Shown here: positions 9,161-23,079 of the stretch, in pieces
Numbering within the stretch: position 1 is the stretch's first letter
Layout: each line of letters begins with the position of its first letter
Assembly (NCBI GenBank): GCA_051294905.1
Contig: CM119371.1
Span: forward strand, 20,834,001-20,898,000
Length of the DNA stretch: 64,000 nt
Reading direction: 5' to 3'
DNA from: Botryllus schlosseri
Taxonomy: Eukaryota
Position numbers and translations under genes: made by a program
The notes under the pieces: model-generated
The model's input: the letters and a program-made list of their open reading frames with translations, nothing else
Databases searched by the model: none
What the model was told of the DNA's origin: nothing

Positions 9161-10599
9161 AATATTCCGTTATCAAACGGTACAAATGGAGGGTATTGAA
9201 AAGGATATTTGAATCATCGGTAAGGAATGTTGATATATACCTGCTGTTTCGACACAAGGCCACAATGTCGACAGGGTCATTACTAATTCGACAATTAAGT
9301 TTTAGCTAACGCTCGTAAACAGGATCCAATTATTCATAATGCATTTAATGTCAACGTATCCATCATACTCAATAGTAAATTGTTTTTCTATGACCGCATG
9401 ACCTTTATCAGAGAATATGCAATTATACGTCAGCAGAATAGATGAACAATATTGGCAGAACCTCTTCGTGATAACATTTCTTGTTTGTTGGTTGTGGCTA
9501 TAATTTGCGGTTGCTGTTGCTAATCTGCGCTCCGGGTTACTGAAACACGATATCATATTATCGACCTCGCCTTCACACACCTGACATCTCATCTTTATCG
9601 ATGGTTCTATTATTTTATTTTCTATTAGCCTAATCGTCATGTTATTAAATGCTACTTCTTCTCGCCGTCTGTATTAGGACCAGGTGAATGTAATGTCCGA
9701 TTTCAGAGATCACTCCAAGTCATTTTGACAGCTTCCTATCTTTTCAGTGTATTCCAATCTTGCGATGTTCTGATGTGACGACATTATAAATAAACTGATA
9801 TTGCTTGAAACTGTTTTTTTTTTTGGCTAAATCAGTCTTAATATACTTACAGCTTCAAGGACCTTTGTGTTGCTGTAATTTAACATATGCATGAGTCGCA
9901 ATCGAAATTCATACTTTTATGGTAAATAATTTGGTGAGTTGTGCGATGATCAGAGCCAATTTAAGTGAATGCATGGTTTGGACAGACTGACGGCAAATTC
10001 AGCCGTCATTTCCTATAACAATGCATTTATATATAATATGTGGAAATCAGCAGTGGTCTCAGCCGTTTCGAGCACGCAGCACTACAAAAGTTTCTAAAAT
10101 AGTTAGCGGACCGTTGAAACTCAAAAGTTGATGTCGACAAATGTAATGACGACTGCTGTTAGTAGCAAGTATGGTACCTGAGAGTGGAATTTTGCGTTTT
10201 TTTCAATTAAATGCATTCCTGATTGTATTTACGTAATTTTGCGGTAATTTGTCTGCCGAGTGAAGGTAGCCTACAGTTACATTGCCCAGTCAGGCAGCAG
10301 GTGTCGATCACAGCCTCCTATGCAGAAGACCGGGGTTGGCCGACAATGCTAACTCTACTAATATTTTTCTCTTTTAGAATCTCAAGAGAGGAAGCGTTCC
10401 GGAGTCGTTCTAAACATTTTTTCTCGCTGCCATGCTAATTTCTCACTAACCACAACCATACTACGAATACAATGCGACGCACGCAAGACCTGGCAAAAGA
10501 GGGACCCGTCCACCTATTAAACAGCTTAAAGAGATACTTGGGGGGTACGGAACCTTAATATACAATTAAAACGTATATTCCTATTGCAACCAGCTGGAA

Positions 10600-11519
10600 C
10601 AGTGGTTATCAACCGTTTTGGCTTCTCGGACCCCTTTTGACCGTCAAGGACCCCCCTTGTGGACCCCCTCAAGTTTTAGTTCAATTTTAGCTCAATTATG
10701 TTGCAACCTTCATCTATCTTGTGTAAATATGAACTGTAGGCTTGTGATAAACAGCAAAATAATGATTTTTCTTGAAAATAACATCATGCTATTTATATAG
10801 AAATTGGTAGACTTTTAATATTTCGAAGCTAATTTTGCAGCTATATTTCTTGGGGTACGTGGTCGTAAATCTATTTCATTTCCACAACGATAGATGAAGG
10901 CTAATGCAATATTACCGCATAACGCTGCCGACGATACTTTTGGTGTGATCGAAACATTTATGGCACCAAAATTAAGAAACATATATTTAATGAACATATC
11001 ACGTCCAGCCTAGTCATTTTAACTAACATCCCATCCTGAAGTTATTCTGGAATAGTGGTTATTTATATCACATGCAGCATAAATGGATTTCGTGGCGAGG
11101 TTTCAATCCCATCATTGGGACAAATTAGAGAAAATTATTCGGAAATTTGTATTTCAAACGACTGTTCACTAATTTGATGAGACTGACAACTTCAAATCGA
11201 AAAGATTTCGCAAACATTACGAAGTCACCCTGATTGACTATGCTATCTCCCTATTTTTATTTTTTCCACAAACCCCAACAAAACGTATCTAAACAGCAAT
11301 ATGTTTGTATCAGTAGGTTATTGGCAATTCGGCAATGAAAATGAATTTGGACAGTAGGATATTTCATGTGAGACGATTATTATAATGATATGAGTCATGA
11401 GGTTTTAGCAATTGTGGTGCGAAGCTGCCTAATGCTTTCTCAAATTAAAAGAAATTTAAAAATAGTTTGCTTGCCGACCCCCTGATTTTGCTCCGCAGAC
11501 CCCCGGTTGAGAACCACTG
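10600..11519. mobile_element. hAT-type MITE
   Basis: Termini CAGTGGTTATCAACC and GGTTGAGAACCACTG; imperfect 8-bp TSD AGCTGGAA/AGCTAAAA. Possibly nested in an older copy spanning 10051-11939. Confidence 0.7.
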
Positions 11520-12015
11520 AGCTAAAATATGTTCGCCTGACACTCGTCAGGGGTAATCGTCGGCAACTAGTAGTTAGTTGGAAAGAACATTGTATATCAA
11601 CAATTATATCACAAAATATGCCGCCACCGGCATGAAATTTCGAATAATCGGGGCGAAGAGAAAACACCCTATCAAATAAAAAAGACCATGCAAACGGCGC
11701 GTATCAATGCGTCAGCCAAATGTTATTGTTCGCATGTTGTCACCGCAGAGGTGGTCAAATGAAATGTTACCTAAGCTGACGCTACATCACAATGTGGCTA
11801 ATTACGTACCTAGCGAAATTTTAAATCAGTTTAGTTTTTGATATTTTATTTCTTTTATCGATGCTTCCAACATCTTGTATTCCACAATTAAGGCGTAAAA
11901 TTATAAAATATCTTGTGGACCGGCGGTTGAGAATCACTGCAGTAGAGCACAAATCTAGAAAACACACCTGAATTTCAAAGCTGATTTAATTCTGCTGCAA
12001 AGTACGACTAAGGAT

Positions 12016-12104
12016 GAATGAATGAACGAACGAACGAACGAACGAACGAACGAACGAACGAACGAACGAACGAACGAACGAACGAACGAACGAACGAATG
12101 AATG
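12016..12104. repeat. (GAAC)n microsatellite with GAAT flanks
   Basis: Perfect tetranucleotide run visible directly. Confidence 0.98.
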
Positions 12105-12500
12105 AGCTGATCAATCAACCAAACAAGGAAACGAAGAATGAAGAATAGTTACATATAAGGACTAAGGACGCACTGGATTGTGGTCGAAGAATAATAACAG
12201 TAAATAAAGTGTCATGGACTGGAAAGTACCAGGAGCAAGTCATTGTCATTGGACGTTTCCAGTATCGGTATCTTACATAAAACGAGTAGTACCAACAAGC
12301 CATTTTGTAAATATAATAGCTTCTGTGCACTGAATGTTATGGAGACTATACCATCAAATGTTATTGGTATCCAAAGGAATTGTGAATATTTCAAAATGAT
12401 TTGATTATTCGATTAAATAGAGGTTTAGCCTACACTACATAGTAGCTGGAAATTGTTGAACAAGGATTGTCCGGTATTATTATATTTTGCGATAAGATAT

Positions 12501-13372
12501 TAGGGATGGTGTGAACGCGAGGTTCACGTTCGCGTTCTGTGTGTGAACCTCGGAAATTTAGAGGTTCACGTTCACAAACGAACGTTGGTAGGTTCTGCAC
12601 TGTGAATCTTTTTCATATATTACAATTTTCACTTCATTATAACATCTTTGGTTGAAATTTATTGCATTTCAACTGCGGGCCACTCTATGCATATCGCTGG
12701 CGGCATAAAAAATCAACACTAAACGAGCATGCACCTTGACGATCTCAAAAATTTTACCAGCTTTGTTATGAAAATTTGCTCGAAATATCCAGCTTTCCGT
12801 TTGTGAATATTTAGTGACTCTCTGCTGTGAGCTTGACCCGCAATCACGCAACATCAAGAGCGAAATACCCTACATGTAGGTAGTCAGCGAATGATGCTTA
12901 TTCAATCAATCAATGAATCAATCTCAATATCATATGTTTGTTGTATCATAAAAAAACAAATCCGTGCGATTGGGGTGTTGGCTACTGCTGTATAACTTGT
13001 TATAGTAATATCAGTAGCAAGTACAGAAACCCCTTTTAAAGTCTGCTCAATATAAACGTCGAAATTGTCGGCAAAGCGGCGTAAGATATTGATTTTATGG
13101 GATAATTATATCATTTGATTGCCCGAGTTGATACATTTGGCGACGTTTAATACGTCAATATGTACTTCAGCATTGTTGCATTATGTGGCACGAGTCGTCG
13201 CTAGGTATCGTGTACATTGATATTGACAATGACTTCACTGAAATGCAGGGTTGAAATTAGCAATATGACATCACGTGACGTCATGAGGTTCACGTTCGCG
13301 TTCACACAGAACCTTTCAAAAAGGTTCGCGTTCACACGAACCTGAACCTTTCAGAGGTTCACACCATCCCTA
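12501..13372. mobile_element. hAT-type MITE, family A copy 1
   Basis: TIR TAGGGATGGTGTGAAC/GTTCACACCATCCCTA; perfect 8-bp TSD TAAGATAT; subterminal GTTCAC/GTGAAC repeats. Confidence 0.93.
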
Positions 13373-14347
13373 TAAGATATGCTGGCGTCATCACGAGAAC
13401 TCAAATTGCCTATTCTATAGAAATATACGATTATGATTATACGATAAGTAATTTCATATCAATGATATAGATCCCCGCTCTTTTTCATTCTGTAATGCGG
13501 TAATGTGGATAGAGCATGCTTGTTTTGCTCTCCTGGGGCCGATTGTACCATTTGTCTGTGCTTTCAAATAGGTTCATTGCAAACATGTCACTTTTTATCG
13601 CCTAATTATTTAATTTTATAAATACAGCAACCGCGATAATGAGCTCGATAATTTGACGACATGAGATTTGTCGAATATTCAACTCAAACGATAATTCGAG
13701 TCACCAGGCGGCTGGTACTAATTAATTAAACTTGCGCAATGATTAATTCGTTCGTTTGTCGATATGTTTATTGTCAAATATTGATACAGCAATTCGCGTT
13801 GCATTTGACATTTTATCGCAAAGCAAGAGCATCCTTTAGGCAGGACTTTATTTGATATAGATCCGTACCACTCAACTATTTTTCACGTAGTGCACCATTA
13901 AAGTTGTACACAACTATCACGATATCACTATTCATGACAGTTAAAAGGGTTGCTGAAACTCTGAACTATATGCCCACAGTGGTCACTTCCTAACCAAGAG
14001 TTGCTTCTTAATGAGATATACCTAAATTAGGAAGAATTCCCGATAAAGACGCGTTTAGGAGAAGCACTGAATTATGTCGGTGACAAGATAACAGGAAATA
14101 CTGAATAACACTCTTAAATCCACGGAATACCGTCATTTCTCACGGATACGCTATTCTGCCAAATACCACCGAAAAGGCTAAATTTGGGCGCGAGGATCAT
14201 GGACCTTCTAATCCCTGGATTGTACAGTTCATCAACCAATTAGTTCATGGGCAACTTCGATATTTTCTTCTCGGGTTTTGATGACAATAAATGTCATAAT
14301 TTTAAATATGGATACCCCACTTGCCTCAATAAACAAATACTCATTAT

Positions 14348-15191
14348 TAGGGCGGTTTTTTTTTTACCAAAAAAAAAGAAAATTTTGACCTAAAAAATCA
14401 AAATTTTGACTTTTTTTGACCTAAAAAAATGAATTTTGACCAAATTTTGACCTAACGTATGCAAATTAGGTGTTTTCCCAAATAATGTCAAAATTGTATC
14501 AGTTATCTACATTTTCGGTTGTAACTGGCTGTCCCAACAAAGTAGTTTGGCCTAAAAAAACGTTTTTGGCATAGAAACAGGCAACTTTGTACATATAAAA
14601 AACAATATTTTAACGAAATCTGGCCCTATGAAGAACTCCGGTGGTTGCAATACGTATTATGGTGGAAATGATTAAAAAAAAAAAATTGTAGTACAACGAG
14701 AGATACTTTCCTATATTCTTGGGTAAAAAGTGCATGTCCTTACTTGCCAAGGGCGTTCAACAGCAGAAGCTGTTGGCTGACAACACTCAAGTTGTGCATA
14801 CGCTACTGGTGACACACCATGTTGCTTCATTCTGACAATGTTGTCTATTACAATTTTTCATCATGCGCTTCTCAATATAAGAATGATGCCCCAGTTAGGA
14901 TATTGCGGTACGTTGACCATAATACCATGTCCAACTATTTGTTTTATTTGACCGTTGATGATTCAGTATAAGCAGACATTAAGCCGTTTACAACAGTAGG
15001 CCTATAAAGTAGGCTACAAGCTGTAAAATATCAAATGATACGTTCGCCGACAGTGCAAAATCTACGATACAAACGAAATAAAGACATCAAAAATGTTTTG
15101 ACTTTATGAACAATTTTGACAAATTTTGACCTAACGCTACAATTTTGACAAAATTTTGACAAATTTTGACATGTCAAAACAAACCGCCCTA
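14348..15191. mobile_element. hAT-type MITE with TTTTGAC subterminal repeats
   Basis: TIR TAGGGCGGTTT/AAACCGCCCTA; TSD CTCATTAT/CTCATCAT (one mismatch). Confidence 0.88.
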
Positions 15192-15562
15192 CTCATCATC
15201 TATAAAATATGGATACATTTCAGTACCAGTTATTATCGCTCCACGACCCACCAAGACCTTTTAAGTTCCGGCTAACATACGAAGTCGCAAAAGGTGTTAC
15301 CAAATAAAACCTTGGCCGAAAATTTCAGCCGGATGTTGACTTGAAGCAGGGCTCTTGAACACGCGGCCCGTGAGACTATTTTGTGCGACCCGCGTCGTAA
15401 TTTTGTTTTTTTCAAGTATTTACCAATATTTAAGTACTACATATCTTTTTTTCAGAATTACAAAGTTGAAGATTACTTTAAAATTGCTCCAAAATCCAAA
15501 AGCTACTCATCAAACATCATATGCAATCGCTACCACGCGGCATTAAGTCATGTTGCCTATTC

Positions 15563-16110
15563 ATGATGATAAGACTCCGCAAACACGTCCGTACTGAGTG
15601 GCTGACCGAGTACCGTTCAATACAGACGGGAAACCACTACAAACGTTTCCACCAAACGGTACAAACAACATTTCCCTCGATTCAAAGATCGCGTTTGTAT
15701 GAAACGATAATATTCCGTCTTTGATCCGGCCATTGTCGCCTAAAAGGGCATTTATTTAAAATAGGCTGCAGCGACACGCCTTTGTGTGACTTATGCCTCG
15801 TGCCCTAGAATGTGGATCACTTCCTCCTCGCATGCCCAAAATACGATTGGCACCGAGCATATTTGATTGATTTCTGCTTGAACTGGAAAGTCGATTTTAC
15901 CACGTATAACCTTCTCGTACGGACAAAACTTATCTCGCCTCTCGTTGAGTTCGTCCTCGCCAGCAATGTGTTGATTTGAACAAATTTTTTCTCAGGTACA
16001 CGATTTGCGACATGTAATACGACATTTCTGTCGTGGCGCACCAGACCGATAAGGTGACAAGCGCCACAATGTCCCATTTTCACAATTATAATAATAATAA
16101 TAATAATGAT
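15563..16110 (+). pseudogene. 5'-truncated, decayed I-group (I/Nimb/Ingi-like) LINE 3' end
   Basis: Translation ...ETIIFRL*SGHCRLKGHLFKIGCSDTPLCDLCLVP*NVDHFLLACPKYDWHR... matches the RLRTGH + CCHC C-terminal motif. Short 3' UTR with a GTGGCGC/GCGCCAC hairpin and an (ATA)n tail. Confidence 0.85.
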
Positions 16111-16409
16111 AAGACTCGATGATCATGGATGATATTTGTTAATCACAATCGCCTTTGTTAACCCTTGGTGGATAGTTAGTTACATCTGGCTCCCTTTACC
16201 CATGTTTTGACGAGAAAGAAAAGAAAACTTAGCGGTATACGCTTCACAACTGTAACACCGATGGGTTGTTAGGCGATTGTACATTCCTCCTGTTATGACA
16301 CAATATTTATTATATTCATGATGCTATTTATCTCTGTCAATATTCGAAGGTAAAAGTAATGCGGTTTTAATTTTACTAGGGCTATGTGATGATCGCTGGC
16401 CTATTTATC

Positions 16410-16705
16410 GGTGTCCGGTCAATACCGAGAAAACAAATTCCGAGAATGCCATTACCGGGAATAGACACCATGCACCGAGAATGGACATTACCGAGAACGG
16501 ACACCACCGTGAACGAACATTACCAAGAATTCAATATGTACAATGCAGGCATGCAATGCATACGTACAGGTCTTGTGTATGTGCATCGCTGCGTTATCAC
16601 ACTCGTTGGCGATTATCAAATATAAATCTCGACAACGTCCGTCGCAGTAAGTTAGATTCTTGGCATTAGCCATTCTCGGTAATGGTTATATCGACAGTAG
16701 AAACC
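16410..16705. mobile_element. Short foldback-type element with ACCGAGAATG repeats (family B copy 1)
   Basis: Starts GGTGTCCGGTCAATACCGAGAAAAC like 26703; flanked by an 8-9-bp TSD (C)TATTTATC. Confidence 0.8.
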
Positions 16706-18004
16706 TATTTATCAGGAGTATATCTGAATCCTGCATTAGGCTACATTTCTCAAACGCAGTGATATCAGATCAAACTATGTCAAATTCTAAACTATACCAC
16801 ATCTAGCTGCGGCATGTTAAATATCTGCTAGCTGCAAAATTATAACACCGCAGCTTTTTATTTGTCCCTCGCGTATCTCACAATCTTGACAAATTATGCT
16901 TACTCTCTACCAAGTACAACAACAATTTTATTCAGGTAGTTATACATGGAATTTTATTTAGTGCCAGGTATGAATTGCTACAGTGATAAGTCACATTTTC
17001 ACGATGTGAGTGAAATGTTAATCTGCAAGTTTGGCTCACTTTCAATAAGACTATTTCATGTCATCAAATAAGGCTTACCGGAGAGTAATTGGATAGCCCG
17101 TTTGATGCTGCGGCTCGCGGAGTACTCAAAAATTAGGAAATTGGGCTGACGAAGTACTGTTTCGGCCCTGCAATGTACACATGTATGTATAATTGTACAT
17201 TGCCTCGCCTGTACTTAGTACAACCGATAATATTAGCTTATTTTCTTGTACCAGCTATGTCGAAATTGGAATAAATCGGGGACGATTTTTTCGAATCTCA
17301 GCTGTTTTACCCGTAGTTTCTGAAGGAAGTTGGTAGTCCTATTGAAAAGTGTTTTTTACCTTCCATTCGACGCCCATATCTGTATAGTAGGATATTGACC
17401 CGTTATAGGGTGAAACTTCGTGACAGGACCAATGCAAGTACACTTGTGACACTATAAAATCGATAATTTTCAAACAAGGTTCAAAGGGTCGAACCCGACT
17501 AAGTTCTTTTGCGAACGCGTACGCGAACCTCCGAATTACCAAGCATCGCAACATACCTAATATTCCTAAATAATAATAATAAATAATAATATAATAAATT
17601 ATAGAATGCCGAATATAACAATATATCGCTGTACATAAAAGGCAATAAAATATAAAAGTAAACGATATGTATAAAATCCGAAGTGCACTGTAAAAAATAA
17701 AGGTGTCCATAGACATGTTTACACCTGGTACCTCCTAATACATGACCGTCATGTAAAACCGGAAGACAGGTTCAGCTCTACCTGTTGCCTAACATGTTTC
17801 TTCCCGACATGTAATCTCGTAAACACGTCCGACCTAAGATTCCAATTGACCTTTAACCTTGACTGATTGGCACAGGATCAGTAGCCAGGATATGAATTGA
17901 AACAAGCAATTCAGAGTTGGATCAAATGATGTGTATTGAGAACAAATGCATCAAAAAAAGAAAAATTCTTGAAATGGCGGAAGTTTCGAATAATACGTAA
18001 TGAA

Positions 18005-19020
18005 ATAAGAATTACTATAACGGCTAAAAATATTGACATGTCATGAAGCAATTAATTTACTACTAACAGCCACAGTGTAAGCCGAAGAGTACCTAACGTT
18101 AAGAAGTTTTGGTACTTATGCAATGAAAGAAGAATTATTACAATGGCTAAAAATATTGGCCCGTCATCAATGAATTAATTTACTACAAAAAGCCACAGTG
18201 TAAGTCGCAGAGTACCTAACGTTAAGAAGTTTTGCAACTTGTGCAATGAATGAAGAATTATTACAACGGCTGAAAATATTGGCCCATCATCAATGAATTA
18301 ATTTACTACAAAAAGCCACGGTGTAAGTCGCAGAGTACCTAACTTTGAGAAGTTTTGCAACTTATGCAATGAATGAAGAATTATCACAACAACGGCTAAA
18401 AATATTGGCCCCTCATAAATTAATTAATTTACTACAAGAAGCCACAGTGTAAGCCGCAGAGTGCCTAACGATAAGACGTTTTGGAGCTTATGCAATGAAA
18501 GAAGAATTATTACAACAGCCCCTAAAAATATTGACCCGTCATCAATGAATTAATTCACTACAAAAAGCTACAGTGTAAGCCGCCTAGTATCTAATGTTTC
18601 GAAGTTTTGTACATATGTAATGAAACCAGAATTATAATAACGGCTAAAAGTATTGACCCGTCCTCAATAAATTAATTAAATTAATTTACAATGAACAGTC
18701 ACAGTCAGACACACCTAACGTTAGAAAGTTTAGAAACGTATGTAATGAAACAAGAATTAATATACCGGCTTGAAATATTGACCGGTCCGCTATTAAGCAA
18801 GTGCTTACAAATTGTCACAGTAAAAGGCGGCAAGTACCTAATGTAATGTAAAAAAGAATTATAACCGCTAAAAATATTGACCTGTTCTTGGTGAATTATT
18901 CAAATTAATTCATCACGAATAGCCAAAGTCTACGTAACGTTACAAAGTTTCGAGACGTATGTACAGAAACAATATTTGATTTGCTACGAACAGCCGCAGT
19001 GTACTTAACGTTCGGAGAGT
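18005..19020. repeat. Tandem satellite, ~122-125-bp unit, about 8 copies plus a partial copy
   Basis: GAATTATTACAACGGCTAAAAATATTG...GCCACAGTGTAAG.CGCAGAGTACCTAACG recurs near 18010, 18131, 18255, 18378, 18503, 18629, 18754 and 18857, diverging toward the right end. Confidence 0.93.
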
Positions 19021-19278
19021 TTGTGACGGCGGACCATGAATTAGAGGCTCATGGTGCGAACTTGATGTTGAACAGCCAGTATTGTGGCCATAGCATGATG
19101 GAAGCTTCTGACCCCTTTGATAACTTTGCCATAGAAGAGAACTTTCCATTCATTCAGGATCGTATTGTACTTGATCGTCGGATATAATTCTTCGGCTCCT
19201 GATAAATGAAAATGATATTAGCTTAGTACTATCGATGTGGTCAGAGATTAAGAATTGATCAAGTATTAGGCCTAATAA

Positions 19279-19603
19279 TAGGGTTACCATACGTCCTCTT
19301 TTAATAGGATTTGTCTTCTTTTTTTGACTTTTTTAGAAGTGTCCTCGGAGGACGCCCTTTTGTCCTCTTTTTTGAGATTTTGTCCTCTTTTTTGAAAATT
19401 TATGCGAGTGATATGCCGTAAATTAGCACAGAAGTGACGCTACGGCTAGTATTTCGGAGTGAAAAACGGTGATTTATTTTTTTAGTAAACCTGTTACTAA
19501 GTGGGAAAATTCATCGATTTTTCAGAATCCTTCTCCGGTTTTGCAAGTCGCAAATTTCTGAAAAAGTGTCCTCTTTTTAGATTTCCAAAATATGGTAAGC
19601 CTA
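19279..19603. mobile_element. hAT-type MITE with GTCCTC subterminal repeats
   Basis: TIR TAGGGTTACCATA/TATGGTAAGCCTA; perfect TSD CCTAATAA. Confidence 0.92.
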
Positions 19604-19858
19604 CCTAATAAGTCATTACCGCGTGAGTCCGGGTCATGCAAAGAGGTAAGGAAACGATCATATGTGATGGTGATTTTAAGGATATCAAGCGACCATAATG
19701 GTACCCACAGTGGAATGATTTCAGCATCAGTCGTAACTTTCCAAGTGAAATAGGAGGGGACACGGGAAATTCTCGTTACTCACTGATATTGGATTACATC
19801 ATTCTTTCAATTTAAGGTGACCTGTCGAGATACCAATTCTTATCAAATAAAGTGTTAA

Positions 19859-20348
19859 AGGGGTACTGCGCTCTAAAAATGATGTGGTCTCAAATTGAAG
19901 AACAAATAGAACAAAAATTTTTGGCCGCAGCCATTTCCTTCAGAACGCCACCGTAATGGAGCTGCAATTTATTGAAATTTTTACAAGACCAGCTGCCGCG
20001 GCTGCTTAACCCGTTACACGGCACGATGTCTTCATCGTTGCACTTTCTCGACGCGATAAGGCGGTCACGTAGAGAACAAAACTTAGACACATTTCCTTCA
20101 TAACATCGGCTGACAACTATCTAAAATTCGTTCTCTGCGTGACTGCCTAATCGCGTCGAGCAAGTGTGACGGTGAAGATATCGTGCCGTGTAACGGGTTA
20201 AGCAGCCGCGGCAGCTGGTCTTGTAAAAATTTCAATGAATTGCAGCTCCATTATGGTGGCGTTCTGAAGGAAATGGCTGCGGCCAAAAATTTTTGTTTGT
20301 TTTTACCTTCAATTTGAGACCACATCATTTTTAGAGCGCAGTGCCCCT
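19859..20348. mobile_element. Near-perfect 490-bp palindromic MITE with TTAA TSD (Kolobok-like)
   Basis: TTAA|AGGGGTACTGCGCTCTAAAAATGATGTGG...CCACATCATTTTTAGAGCGCAGTGCCCCT|TTAA; arms pair over ~230 bp. Confidence 0.92.
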
Positions 20349-23079
20349 TTAATACGGCAATACAGTGTTAATAGTGCCATAAATTGCCTTTTTTGTATGA
20401 TGTGAATGATGTAGCCCGATGGCAGTGAGCCATGCGATTTGCTTGTGTCCACAACACAGTAGGACATAATGCTTTCACATATACCAAACAACTCACTTTG
20501 TCAACAAACAGGAAGCTGCCATAGTTGTCATTGAAGATCGTTGCGATCCCAACCATCCACCCCAGTTTTTGTTGACCTGAACGAGAAGTGCCAGAAATCA
20601 ACTAAATGTATGTTTTGTCGCGACTGCGACATCGTAAAGTAAATCAGCGACTTTGAAACCTTTCGCGGGCCCCTCTAATGTTGATGAAGATTTTCAGTCA
20701 TCCGACAGGAGGGAACAGGGTTGGGCAATGGTGAAAACATGACATATATTAGTACGCAGCAAATTCGATGACAATTATGTTATGACAAGTAAGTGTGCAG
20801 TCATGTCCTGCAAGGATTTGCAGGTCGCCTTTGTATACCGCTGGGCTCATTTGACAACGAATATTCCAAGCTTGGACATATGAATATCAAGGTTGCGGCG
20901 AGGCTGCGTATATCGCGTTGTGCAAAGGTTCCACCGCTCATTTGTGCGAGTACTAATAAATATTATATTCAATTTCTAGAATCGCCGTGCAGCCCAAGGG
21001 TTGGTCGCCCTTATATCTAAGGAAGAAATGTCTATGTCTGGAAGTATGTGCGAATAAAAAATTCAAGATAACTAAAATCTGGCCAAAAAGAACAATGTAT
21101 GTTAATTTAAAAAGTATCTTTAGGTCACCTACGAGTTTTGTACACTGACTTCACTTTTTGCTAACCCAAGGTTATAATTAGGGCCATTCAAAGTCATATT
21201 ATGTTCTATGCATCAGCAAGTCGTGAAATCAATTTCAACACAAAACCGTATCCCTTTGAGGTATATTGAAGCTATGAAGTAACATTTTCCTGGTTAGGTC
21301 ATGAAGCTCAAAATTTACATCAAGAAGCGATTGCACAAGAATGAGGTTTAACAAATAATGGAGCTGCAAATACAAGACATTTCACCAGCGCTTTATGCAC
21401 ACCTGCAGAAGTGGCAACCCACATCAGCGTCTGTGAAGCTCTCACTTTCCATACCAAAGTCATCTTACGTCCGAATCTTAACTTCAAAGACTTTAACATT
21501 TCACACTACTACTGTACTACAACAGTGATTTAGAATAAAAAGTGGACGTGTATGCCTGTTGTTGCATAGGTTTTACTCTTTTAGTTCTGTCAGTGCCGAT
21601 GTTTGCATGTCAAAATACAGCATTTTCACATAAATTCATATTTTCCAAAAAATAAAATCATAATATTGATTTTCTAAGGTCATATAAAAAAGGCCCTAGT
21701 TATAATATATGTCATTTTTTGTGTCATGAACAATGATTGCGCATGCTACAAATGCCGAGGGTTTGTGCCATCAGTGACTTGATCATAACACTGCTTTATA
21801 CCTACGGTTCTGTCCACTTGCCTCTTCTTGCGTTTTAATGTATCTCGATGCTGCGCTCGTCGTCTGTGGAGAGTATACATGTTGACTCTGTAGGACAAAA
21901 TAGATCTTAATTAAAACATGACCGATTATCGGTGCAAGGTGCTACTCCTCGCCAATGTTCCTTCTAAGCTGCTCGCATGCGCACATATTGGAGAAAAATT
22001 AGACGTAACATTGTCTGTTGGTGTTATCAGTATCATATCAAAATATTCATATTGAGGATATCTAGATGAGGAAAGCATGATACTAAAATGCTCACATTGC
22101 ATGTTGAGACTCGAGAATACTTGCAGCGTTGACTAGATTTTTCCACAAGCTGCAGAGATTTCCATTTGTCGCAGCGTCCATGCTTCTGCTATTTCAAGTT
22201 CAAGACGAGAACTTCTTTTTCATGGTGTCTTCGCCATTCCCTCATCTTGTTGCAGAGCTTGTCTTTCCATGATCCCTGCAATGTGGCATAGTTGAAGAAA
22301 GGTTTGGATTAAGTTTGGACAAACTTTTGACATGTCTGTCACCAACATTGAAAAATTGGAATGTAATGCAGCCTCTGCTGTATGATATTACACATTGATA
22401 TTAATCGTCAATAATTGGTGCGTGCATACGTCGTAGGACTAGCCTATTGCATGAACGTGGTAGGGGGATTGTCATTATCAGTGACTTGATCCCAACACTG
22501 CTTTATACCTACCCAATGCGCATCGATCAACATCGGCTAAATCTCGAATAGACTTTGTGTTGATATCCCATTCAAAGTGGCCTCATGACACGATTCGAAT
22601 GTTATTTTTCATCCTAACCTGAATCTTTTCTTGTCACGTATAGTCTTTTTACCCACTCGACACTTATTGCTTTTTGCTGTACCTCGATGCAGCGCTCGTC
22701 TCCTGGAGAATATACCGATGCAGGTTGACTCTGTAATAAATATCTTCATCAAAGCCCAGCGAATTACCACCTTGCCGGTAATATTGAGTCAGTTTATTGC
22801 AGAAATAGCAAAAGTTTTTTCAGGCCCAACTATTTCGTAAGAGCAGACAGTTCCGATCAAAAATGAAGATAAGCAGTAGCCTAAAATTCTAAGGTAATGG
22901 GGAGGAAACAGGCAATTTACATATACAATATCACAATTTCTTCAAAATTAAGATTTTCAGGGTGAAAAATGTCAAAATTGTCAATTTTATCGGTCAAAAT
23001 CTTCGGTTTTTAGATAAAAATAAAATCACTCATATCAACATATTCTAACATATTCAATTCGGGAAACAAAAAAGTACTA

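Noticed and set aside
18005..19020. Possible CRISPR-like array
   Set aside because: Whole units repeat with no unique spacers, no cas genes, and the context is eukaryotic.
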